64,000 nt of DNA from Chrysomallon squamiferum (taxonomy: Eukaryota; Animalia; Mollusca). The translations under genes and the position numbers were made by a program. The notes under the pieces are model-generated. The model saw only the letters and a list, made by a program, of their open reading frames with translations. It did not search any database and was not told where the DNA came from. Shown one piece after another: positions 53,008 to 64,000 of the stretch; the first letter of the stretch is position 1; every line of letters begins with the position of its first letter. Location of the stretch: the NCBI GenBank assembly GCA_012295275.1, contig CM022679.1, forward strand, positions 1,116,001-1,180,000, given 5' to 3'.

Positions 53008-53455
53008 CCTCTCTCTCTCTCCCCCTCTCTCTCTCTTTCTCTCTCACACACACATACACACACACACAAACCCATACACACATATATACATAAACACTTC
53101 CAAGTATACAGACACATACAACAACAATTACTCTCAGTACCACTGCTACTGCACAGACATCAAACTGTTATATTACTGCAAAACTGAATCTACTGATACC
53201 ACATTAATCACTTTCATTACTGCTATATTATTATAAATATGACAATACTGCTATAATATTCATCAGTGTCAGCACCGTTATATTATTTTTAAGGGTGACA
53301 GCGGTGCAGGTCTGATTTGTAAAAAGAAGAAGAAAGCTGTCATAGCTGGCGTCTTGTCGATAGGCTGCGACACCGACGATCCACAACACTGTCCTGCTCT
53401 GTACACCAGTGTCAGCAGCTACATCCCTTGGATCAGAAGAACGATGAGAACATGA
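48485..53455 (+). CDS. SP6: serine-protease homolog, predicted inactive (His57->Asn), 290 aa
   Basis: Exons 48485-48530, 48878-49076, 49931-49988, 51055-51169, 52236-52394, 52752-52885, 53294-53455; 873 nt open. ERR|[29 protein letters not shown]. Confidence 0.88.
50220..50690 (-). mobile_element. Tc1/mariner relic in SP6 intron 3
   Basis: [61 protein letters not shown] within ORF 50208-50654. Confidence 0.85.
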
Positions 53456-53579
53456 TGTCAGTTCCTGTCGTCTGACACTCCTACGTTTAACTGAAACAAT
53501 AGAAAATAAATATCGCTAAAACGTCATTGTTTCTTTGTAATAACTATTTTGAACCGTGTTTTAAGATAAATTCACTGGA

Positions 53580-53653
<74 letters not shown>

Positions 53654-53679
53654 GCCTTAAAATATATTTAGCTAACTAA

Positions 53680-54197
53680 CTTTATTTTGTATTCCTTTTT
53701 CGGATACTTAGTAGTAATAGTCATTGGTTTCTTTTTTAACTCTAGTGTTTGCTTCTTGACTGATGGAACAAGTACTACTAATTACTTAAACACAGTTCAG
53801 AGAAGTACTTGTATTTATGAAGACAATGGCAGAGTTTGATTACAGTGAAACACTAACAGGTCAAACAATTTCAGTAAAAATCTATAAAATAAGTAATAGA
53901 ATTTCACATATTGGGTATAGTATTAGAAATGTTCAGGGATTATATATATTTCCTGTGATATCTTCTATCTATCTGTTACTACATTGGTCTGTCTGTCTCT
54001 CTGTCTATAAAAATGTGAGTGTTTGTCTGGGTGTGGTTGTGTAGCTTTTATGTATATATATATATATACACATATGCCGCACACAGATACATATTCACAT
54101 CATCTGAAATCACACCCACAAATAATCTTTGTTACACAACAGGTGACGACAAAAATCTGGCACAACCCGTACCACGTCACTTGTTTACTTCATTTAT
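53680..54197 (+). pseudogene. Promoter-only relic (TATA mutated), truncated just before the ATG
   Basis: Homologous to the SP5 upstream region; caggtgacgacaaaaatctggcacaacccgtaccacgtcacttgtttacttcattatc then breaks off. Confidence 0.65.
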
Positions 54198-54328
54198 CTT
54201 AAAACACATTTCAAACAATTTATTACAAAGAAACAATAAAGCTTTAGTGATATTTATTTTATACACATTTGTTTCAATTACAAGTAGGAGTATCAGATGA
54301 CAGGAAATGTAACTTACAAATATATATA

Positions 54329-55059
54329 CAGTGGTACCTCGAGTTACGAGTGCTGTAACACGAGATTTTCGATTTGTTGCTTTGAGTTGCGAGACAAAAT
54401 CCGAGTTATGAGCGAACTTCAGATACGCCGCCGCTAGTTGGCGCAACGAACAACACAACATCCGCCACAGCATCCCACGTCTCACTCGTTTCCTTCACGT
54501 GGTTACCTCGCCGTGGAAGCATCTCTGTTGTGTTGCGCTCGCGTTTTGTGCAGCATTTTGTCAAATATTCATGGATCCTAAGAAAGTGAGTGCAAAGGAC
54601 AGTGCTGAGAAGAAGAAGCGGATGATATCCATTGAATTAAAGCATGAAATCATAGAAAAACATGAGCGAGTTGTGCGTGTAGTCAGTATGGCCAGGCAGG
54701 ACCGGTGTAGTAATTTTACGATATGTACCATACTGAAGCAGAAGCAGTCGATAAAGGCTGTAACTCCAGCCAAAGGCGTTAAAATAAGTTCGAAGCTGCG
54801 AACCCCTATACACGTCTGAAAACCAATTTATTTCTTTACATTCTCTTTTATTTTGTTTTTATACAATATTTGTCATTTATACATACATTTTAGTTATTTA
54901 AAAACACATTACAAAAAATTGAGGTGGTTTTGTGGGGGCTGAAATGGATTAATGGTATTTCAGTTAATTTCATTTGGGAAAATTGATTTGATATACGAGT
55001 AAATTGTGTTACGAGCTCGATCATGGAACGAATTGAACTCGTAAGTCAAGATACTACTG
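54329..55059 (+). mobile_element. pogo/Tigger-family non-autonomous element (~730 bp), same family as 23579-24359
   Basis: TA|CAGTGGTACCTCGAGTTACGAG ... CTCGTAAGTCAAGATACTACTG; ORF MDPKKVSAKDSAEKKKRMISIELKHEIIEKHER.. (CENP-B-type HTH only, no DDE domain). Confidence 0.85.
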
Positions 55060-55082
55060 TGTGTGTATATATATATATATAT

Positions 55083-55121
<39 letters not shown>

Positions 55122-55129
55122 TATTTACG

Positions 55130-55438
55130 TAACTTTATTTTGTTTTCCTTTTTCGGATACTTAGTAGTAATAGTCATTAGTAAAAGAAAATCTGTTTTCT
55201 GTTTCTTGACTGATGAAACAAGTACTACTAATTGCTTGGTCACTGTCAGTTCAGAGAAGTACTTGTATTTATGAAGACAATGGCAGAGTTTGGTTACAGT
55301 GATACACTAACAGGTCAAACAATTTCAGTAAAAATGTATAAAATAAATATTAAAATTAACATAGTGTATATTATTTGAAATTTTGAAGAGATAATAAATA
55401 TTCCGTATATCTTCTATCTATCAGTCAATCTATTGGTC

Positions 55439-55502
<64 letters not shown>

Positions 55503-55540
55503 TGGTTGTATGGGTGTGGTTGTATGGGTGTGCATATTTA

Positions 55541-55582
<42 letters not shown>

Positions 55583-56445
55583 GATGCCGCACACAGATAC
55601 ATATTCACATCATCTGAAATCACACCCACAAATAATCTTTGTTACATAACAGCTGACGATACAAATCTGGCACAACCCGTACCACGTCACTTGTTTACTT
55701 CATTATTGTCAGCATGTTGATAATCTGTCAATGAAAATAATTTGTTCAGACGTGTAAGTTGTTGAGTGACAAGAAGCTGTAGCGACCCTAACTGATCCAT
55801 GTATGAAAAATTTACCAGCTCTGTGATAACTGAACTGTTAACGTGAAGAAAAGTTCAGTGTATGTGTGTGTGTGTATGTGTGTGTATGTAAGCATGCACG
55901 TCTATCTATGAATGTGTGTATATATGTTTGTATCTATGTATGTATGTATGTTTATGCATTTATTTTTGTTTGTATGGATGATAGATGACGATGATAACAA
56001 TGATGATGTTCTTTTATTTATTTGTCTATGTATTGAAGAAGATCGAGAGTTTGATAGTCGTTCTATAGGAGGTAGAGCTATTTCGAGAGGCGAGAGCCTG
56101 TGGCTTCCAGTCCTGTCGGCTACGGTGGTCCATAAGAAAGTCAAAGGACGTCCAGACTGGTTAGGATCCTAACTGATCGATGTATGAAAAATTTACCAGC
56201 TTTGTGATATCTGAACTGTTAACATACAATAAAGATCAATGTATAAATACATATTATATATATACGTATGTAGGTATGTGTGTGTGTATATCATTTTAAA
56301 TGTATCTGTATACGTGTATGTATGTGTATTTATGTATGTATTTATCAATATATGATTTTTCCTATGGATATAGATGATTATGATGATATGAAAATGATTG
56401 TTTATTTATTGAAGAAAATCGATATTTTGAAAGTCGTTCGAGGAC
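55130..56445 (+). pseudogene. Decayed 5' paralog: promoter, deleted exon 1, partial exon 2 (56039-~56160), second exon-2 stub (~56415-56440)
   Basis: EDREFDSRSIGGRAISRGESLWLPVLSATVVHKK.. then jumps back into intron-1 sequence; a further ENRYFESRS stub follows. Confidence 0.75.
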
Positions 56446-56799
56446 GAAAAAAAAAAAAAAAAATAAAATAAAATACACTTCAAGAACAACAACTCTATAT
56501 AGTAGTTTGCGGAAGCAAACATCAAAATAGAAAGAAAAAACTATTCACGAACGACAACTCTTACTCCTAACGATTTAACGTTCATACATTAACTGAAACA
56601 GTTAAACTTATTAATGTAATTATAACACTGCTGAATATATGATGCAAATGTGATAAATGTGTGATTATCAAAAATGGTTTAATACTGTGGTTATTAGTTG
56701 CACAAAAATAAAGAAACAAACACAGAATATATAACTGACATATTTTTATGGCCATTACTTGATGTTGTGAGCTAAACCAGCAGCCCAGACACTTCACAT

Positions 56800-57050
56800 A
56801 TCAGTGACTCTCTTTAAACATCTCACACTGTGTGACTCTCTTTAAACATCTCACAGACTGAGTGACTCTCTTTAAAACTCTCACAGACGAAGTGATTCTC
56901 TTTAAACATCTAATCACAGTGAGTAATTTTCTTTAAATGATTAACGAAGTGAGTGACTGTTCAAAAGAAATAGCTAGTTTCTGAATGACTCCCTTTACAT
57001 GTGTGTTAACATATAATTCTCTTTAACTTGCATCAGTTAAGTCTCAGTTA
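56800..57050. repeat. Degenerate ~30-bp tandem repeat
   Basis: gtgactctctttaaacatctcaca(gac)tga, ~4 clear units that then decay. Confidence 0.7.
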
Positions 57051-57229
57051 TATGTATCACTAAAATGACAAACTCACTTTAAAGTATCTTTGCAGAGCAA
57101 CTCGATTTGTATGTCATATTTTCTGATAGTCTTTAAAACTGGAAACTTGTCAGTGTTTTACAAGATTTCATTCAGGTGCTTCTTAAAAAAAAATTAAAAA
57201 ATAATAACCATGAAATGATGATGTTGATG

Positions 57230-57271
<42 letters not shown>

Positions 57272-57499
57272 TGGCAATAATAATAATGGTAACGATAACA
57301 ATTATAATAATAATAATAACACTAATGATGACAAATATGACAATAATAAAAAAATAATGATAATTTATTTATTTATTTATTAAGACAAATGTTGCTTGCA
57401 TGAACAGAACTGAAGAGTAATTAAAATTCTTCTTTCAGTAATAAAAACTTTGTCTGGATTGCTATTAATAAATTTCATGACAAAGGAAAGATAACTGAA

Positions 57500-57901
57500 A
57501 TGAAAAGAAAACTGAGTACTTTATAAATACAACGCTGATGAGAATCACGAGTCAGGTGGAAGTTTTAAAAAGAAATCTCACTCAGAAATGAAATTCACGT
57601 CGGTGAGGTGTTTCTTAATTAAGAAAATATCTCGCACAACTAAATATTTACAGAAACAATTTATGTACAACTTTGTGAATTTACAAACGTACTGACTCTC
57701 TCTTCCCTCCATCAGTACTTGTGTCTGAAACTGTTTATACAGAGAACGTATACACTGACATCATTTACAGAAGTTCTAGAACAGAGAATAAATATGAAGA
57801 AAGAAAGAAAGAAAAATGTTATTCACAAAAATTAAAATGGCACAACAGAATTTGAAAAAATAAAAATGTTTTATCTACAGTTAAACCAAGACTGGCCTAT
57901 T

Positions 57902-57974
<73 letters not shown>

Positions 57975-59055
57975 GATTTTTCAATTTCTTTTTGGAGACA
58001 GTCAGGTATAGAAAAAACAGAAATTTGTTCTCTAGAAATTTAAATCACAAATTATGCATTAACCAAACATCTACTTCTAATCAATCTGATGATTGAGTTT
58101 AGTTTTCTCAAATCTGAAACAAAATTATCTTGTTACAAAACATGTTTTCTTCAGGTGCAAGCTGAGTACTTATCTGAAAGATAATTATACAACTTGAAAG
58201 AAAACAAAGATGTCTCAAAAGAAAAAATGACAGATCTAATTATAACTAGTCTTCACAAGGTTTATACAATATCATACTTAAAACTGAGGATACTAAAAGA
58301 ATTAATCTGGCAGCAGATTTAACAAATTAACTGTACAGTCTGACATATCAGTAATACTGAAAATGTAGTTAAACTAGGAAATAATGCTTATTTAATTAAA
58401 GTTTAGAAATATAAGCAGTTGTTTAACATTCCAAGAAATGTGTACTTGTTTCACCCACACTCTCACACACACCCTCTTTCTTCCTTTCCTGCTAGTCTGC
58501 TTTACAGAAACAAAGCAAAATTAAGAAATCATTTCCTACACAAGATAAAACAAGAAATGAAAACTTTTTTTTCCACTTTTCATTAACTGTAAAACATACA
58601 TCAATGACCATTTTAATTAATAATAATTATTTAAATTTAGTGTTGAATTACATTTAAAATCAGCCCAAGATTTTAAATCAGTTTATTATAAGTTTTTAAA
58701 ATGTCTTACATCGTTAGTTCAGTACATATCAGAAAAAAGACAACATTACACACAAAAATTATTACAACATATGAATGACACTGTACTTGCTTGAAAAATA
58801 CGCAGATTAAAAATAATATTTCAAAACCAAACTGCACTACAAAGTATATCAACAAAATCTGCATCAGTTATTGTTTGTCTGAACATGACTGCCTTGTTGT
58901 CATGGAGCTAGCCGAAAACAAAACCAGGAAATAAAACTGATAATATTAGTTGCATACAAAATAAATTAAGAGATAATTTGAAAAAAAATATATAATTCTA
59001 GTGAACATATTGCATTAAGTACATTTATAATAAAGAACAGAAAATTTAAGTTTAT

Positions 59056-59099
<44 letters not shown>

Positions 59100-62060
59100 A
59101 ATTTTAAACACAGAGAAACCTAAATATTTCAAAGCTAACAAAATTAAAACAAAAATATTCAAGGCCTATGTGAATTTCACATTTAATATAACTTTATAGA
59201 TTATTCCAAAGGACTATAAAATAATGCCAGTTATCATGTGGCTTCACTGAAAGAAACAAAATAATAAGGATTGTTTATCTCTGGCAGAAAGAGAAATATT
59301 TCTTTGTAAATCTTTATTAAAAAAAAAGGGATTATTTTAACAATGAAACACCAGCTCTGACATGAATCGAGTGCTATTAGATATCTATAAAATGCTAGCT
59401 TCACACAAACACAATGACATAGAAACAGTGCCAGCTTTACATAAATATTGTGCTAGATTTACATAAACACAAGTGCTAGATATAATGCGCTTGTTGACAC
59501 AAACACGTACTTACAAGTCAAGTAAAAGACGGGGAAAAGAAATGAATCAGGACAAGTTTTAAAGCTAAAAAGTCAAGCCTCATACAAAATCCCAGTCTTT
59601 TCTCAACCAGCAGACACAGCTGCTGTGAACAACAACAAATTAACACGATTTCAACTCAATCACCAAGCTATACATAGTGTTATATGATAGAAATAATACC
59701 TAAGTATATTGTAATGATATACAGCATATTTAACTGTACACTGAAATAATTTTAATACACTGTAGTTGTACAGTGTACCATTCTTAATACACTGTACAAA
59801 GAAATCATTCTGAAAATGTAATTTGACAAAGAAACAATTTTTTAATAATTGTACTCAGAAAACTTTTTAGCAAGATCACCATTTCTTGACATGCTGTATC
59901 TGTTGACAATTTTTTCTTATATTTGTAATTGTATACAAAAACAACTTTTTTTTCACATACTGAGATCATACAGAACACTGACAAGTTGTAACAATACAAG
60001 AACTGTAACAGTATACAATAATCCATTAATTGTATAGAACTCTGAAATAGTGTTATTGTATACAAGAACAACTATTTAATACACAACAGTTGTGTACAAG
60101 AACAGTTTCTTTGGCAGCTTAAAGAAACTCCATCTGTGAAAAATCACACCAAGCCAAGCAAACTTTGTCTTTATATTTGTACTTTCAAAACAACAGAATT
60201 ACCTTTCTTAGGTTTATAGTAGAAATAGGAAATTATAAAGAATGTGACAGACATCGTAAAGGTTCTCCAGTGACTGCACATAACTGAAAATATTTATCAA
60301 AATCTATTCTGCATGACTGAACAGTAACAAAGAGAATGTAAAAAAAGACAATTGTTGAAATGCAGAAAGCACCAAACACAAACATCTACTAAAAAAAAAA
60401 AAAAAAAAAAAAATCTTGGATTAGTTTGATTTCTGAATCCTGCATGATCAGTTTTTTCACTAAAATATTATTAAAAATAATGAATTCTCCAACCTGAGTT
60501 GTACACTAACAAGAGGTGGATAGTTTAACTTTTATAACACAAGGTGTGAAATGCATTCTGTAACACACTGGCAGACCAATATGCTTCTATATTTACCAGT
60601 CTAGATAGACAGTTACTTTCAATTCTCAGTTGTTTTTGTTTTTTTCCAAAACACATCAGGACAGTCTCCATGTAAGTCACTTACAAAACAAGCTTCAAGA
60701 GTATCTCAGATTTTTTCGGTTTGTTTGCTGGATGGGTTGGAATCTTTTTAGCTGTTCATGTGTCTGTACTGCATTATTTAGAGCTTTCTGAATTACACAC
60801 CATTACAAGTTAAGTAATTATAACAGTATTTTGTTTAGAAAATAAAATGTTTGAGATTGAACATTACAAATGGGAAGTAACTCTAGTTCTGTGTTACCAT
60901 AAACCCCAGTGTCAGATATAAAGAGGTTTTTTTAAATAAAAGAGAAAGAGAAATGGTCTGGTAGGTTTGTTCTACAGTTATAACAAAAGGAGAAATCTTA
61001 TTTCCGTTCTCTTTACTATTCCTGATCAAAAACTAAAAATAATAAAGATATAAAAAAAAAATGATTTTACAAGTCTAAAATAGAATGAAAATGAGGAAAC
61101 ACTAAAATAGTTACAACAAGTTGCAGTTATAATTAAGGAAAACAAACAAAATTATTAAACATCTAAATAATATATATTAAAAATAAAATAAAAAGCCTTT
61201 CTGAAACCTCAGAACTCTTAGCACCTTTGTCACAACAAGCTTCAACTCAGTTTAAATAATATCAAACTACTGCTTTGGTGAATACTGACAAATATTACAT
61301 ATGCTCCATTCAGTACCATTTGCCACACTTTTAACATGCCTTGAAAATCCCTTAACATATCTACACCAACAAAGAAGTAAAGAAAAAAAAATACTTACAC
61401 TGTACACAAAGAGTTATTAAATAGCTATACACAAAAATTTAATTTAAAAAAAAATAAAACAATTTATATATATCTACCTATGCATCAAAAGATTAATTTT
61501 ATTACTTTTTTTACCTAGCTGTACACAAAAAGATCAATTTTTATTTTATTAACCTTGCTACGAACACAAAGATAAATATTTTTACCTAGCTAAACACAAA
61601 AAGATATTTTTACCTTGGTATACATGATAATTCATTCTACTTTTAATTGGCTACAGACAAAAATGTTTATATATTTACCTAGCTATACAAAAAATTTTAT
61701 TTTTTATTTTTTGTTATATCTATAAACAAACAAAAAATGAAAACAACAAAAACAACAAAAATTCACACTTTCTTTTAAAACTTCTTTTGTTAGCAGTTTT
61801 CAATAATTAACATGTATGAAATTTCTGTTTTTATATATCATGCAGCCAAGTACAGTTAAGAAGATATATATAAAATATACATTATGTACACATGTATAAT
61901 GATTATATATGTATGCATTACTGAATCATTTTGAAAATCTTTGTATAATATGTGCTTTTTCTTAAATTGTATCAATAATTTAATTTAATTTCTTCTGATC
62001 CAACAGAATCCAGAAGTAAAAGAGGTTTGACAGGATGCCACAAACTTGAAATAAAATTTC

Positions 62061-62091
<31 letters not shown>

Positions 62092-62372
62092 ATATTTAGA
62101 AAAGAAATTTAGTCAGTCCTCACTTTGAAATTCACTCTCAGTACAAAAATAGTCACTGTCTTTAAAAAACAAAAATAATAATAATAATAGTAGTAATAAA
62201 ACAATAAGAAACTGGTGTGTACACCTTATTTAGATTTTTTTAAAATCATTTGATTGCAGTTGTTATGCATGCTAAGACACACACAAACTGCTTGCCATAC
62301 AATAAAGTGTGTCTATACACGGGTATAAATATCTAACAGATTATTAAGTACATGTTCTAGCAGGTGCGGTCG
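57500..62372 (-). other. Probable long U-rich 3' UTR of the unkempt-like gene (distal end uncertain)
   Basis: Follows the stop codon; strongly A-rich on + (U-rich on -); free of cluster homology and of recognisable exons. Confidence 0.4.
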
Positions 62373-62543
62373 TTACGCGAAGTTCACCGACGTGGTTTGA
62401 ATGGCTATGTGACAGAAGGGGCAGTCCGGAGTCCGCGCCGCGCAAATGTCACACAACACGCGGTGGCTGCACGGCAACGTCGACACGTTGCGCTTCCGGT
62501 CCTGGCAAACAAGACACTTGTTGGAGGTCTGCTGATATATTAC
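62373..62543 (-). CDS. unk: Terminal coding exon of an unkempt-like CCCH zinc-finger/RING protein (C3HC4 RING); rest of gene lies beyond the window
   Basis: ttttattcag|VIYQQTSNKCLVCQDRKRNVSTLPCSHRVLCDICAARTPDCPFCHIAIQTTSVNFA*. Resembles the UNK/UNKL C-terminus as I recall it (VFHMQSVKCLKCQEQKRAVLPCQHAALCELCA..ECPIC). Not in the ORF track. Confidence 0.8.
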   Translation of the reverse strand, partial: VIYQQTSNKCLVCQDRKRNVSTLPCSHRVLCDICAARTPDCPFCHIAIQTTSVNFA

Positions 62544-63765
62544 CTGAATAAAAACACGTTTAGTAAACTATTACCTGAATAAACACATTTAGTAAACTAT
62601 TACCTGAATAAAAACACGTTTAGCAAACTATTACCTGAATAAAAACATGTTTAGTAAACTATTACCTGAATAAACACATTTAGTAAACTATTACCTGAAT
62701 AAAAACATGTTTAGTAAACTACTACCTGAATAAAAACACATTTAGTAAACTATTACCTGAATAAAAACATGTTTAGTAAACTACTACCTGAATAAACACA
62801 TTTAGTAAACTATTACCTGAATAAAAACAAGTTTAGTAAACTACTACCCGAATAAACACATTTAGTAAACTATTACCTGAATAAAAACAAGTTTAGTAAA
62901 CTACTACCCGAATAAACACATTTAGTAAACTATTACCTGAATAAAAACAAGTTTATTAAACTACTACCTGAATAAAAACATGTTTAGTAAACTATTAGCT
63001 GAATAAATTTTGTTTAGTAAACTATTACCTGAATAAAAACGTGTTTAGTTTAACGTTACCTGAATAAAAACAAGTTTAGTAAATTATTACCTGAATAAAA
63101 CATGTTTAGTAAACTATTACCTGAATAAAAACATGTTTAGTAAACTATTACCTGAATAAAAAAAACATGTTTAGTAAACTACTACCTGAATAAAAAACGT
63201 TTTACACTAAAGTCTGAACTTATTTCTGTAATAGTTTATTAAACATGCTTCTATTCAGGTAATAGTTTACTAAAAACATGTTTCTATACAGGTAGTAGTT
63301 TTATTAAAGGTGTTTATGTTCAGGTAATAATTTACTAAACACGTGTTCGGGTTTAAATTTTTTTTAGTAAACCTAACCTGAATAAAAACACTTTTAGTAA
63401 ACTATTACCTGAACAGACACGTTTAGTAAATTATTACCTGAACATAAACACCTTTAGTAAAACTATTACCTGATTACAAAAACATTTAGTAAACTACTAC
63501 CTGTGTAGAAACATGTTTTTAGTAAACTATTACCTGAATAAAAACACTTTTAGTAAACTATTACCTGAACAGACATGTTTAGTAAACTATTACCTGAACA
63601 TAAACACCTTTAGTAAAACTATTACCTGATTAGAAAAACATTTAGTAAACTACTACCTGTGTAGAAACATGTTTTTAGTAAACTATTGCCTGAATAGAAG
63701 CATGTTTAATAAACTATTACAGAAATATGTTTAGTAAACTAAGTTCAGACTTTAGTGTAAAAAGT
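62538..63765 (-). repeat. 29-31-bp minisatellite made of the unk 3' splice site, with an internal inverted block (63200-63350)
   Basis: Minus-strand unit gtttactaaacatgtttttattcag|gtaata; ~20 copies to 63200 and ~10 more at 63365-63740. Confidence 0.93.
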
Positions 63766-64000
63766 AATCACCTATATATAAAATAAAAACAAAATACACT
63801 GAATAATCTGTATTAGGTTTCTACGTATAAACAAAATTACAATATAATTAAATGATTGTTTCCTTCTAAATAATGAAAGAAGTAAAATAATGAAAACAAA
63901 ATTAAAAGATATAAATAAAACCTTGTAACACCACAAAAAAAAAAAAAAAAGTTATATAAATATGGTAGTTGGACACATGTTGTCCTAAAATTTAGAAATT

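Noticed and set aside
54499-54819. Possible domesticated CENP-B/TIGD gene
   Set aside because: Lies between TIRs of a 730-bp deletion derivative, lacks the DDE domain, and the sister copy at 23579 has stops.
62364-62582. Plus-strand 72-aa ORF
   Set aside because: Antisense shadow of the GC-rich unk RING exon.

Overview
Eukaryotic, AT-rich and microsatellite-dense animal DNA; a coleoid cephalopod such as an octopus is my inference, not shown. Bases 1-56.5 kb hold a tandem cluster of secreted S1A (chymotrypsin-fold) serine-protease genes. I reconstructed six complete 7-exon genes by hand (SP1-SP6, 288-290 aa, all GT-AG, identical intron phases 1-2-0-1-1-0). There is also an orphan but open exon 6'+7' cassette behind SP5 and many exon/promoter relics. 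The family is atypical: Ser/Ala at the Ile16 position, no Cys220 but a co-varying Cys143/Cys191 pair, Glu194 in two genes, one His57Asn pseudo-enzyme, near-invariant signal exons and hypervariable specificity loops. Together this looks like a venom-type birth-and-death cluster. At ~62.4 kb is the terminal RING exon of an unkempt-like gene (- strand). The most unusual structural signal is that tandem repeats sit exactly on splice junctions in three independent places: the unkempt acceptor, the SP3 exon-4 donor and the exon-7 acceptor of all proteases. Tc1/mariner and pogo/Tigger relics and a candidate degenerate hammerhead motif lie in introns. Most ORFs in the supplied track are repeat artefacts. 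All coordinates and counts were obtained by hand.
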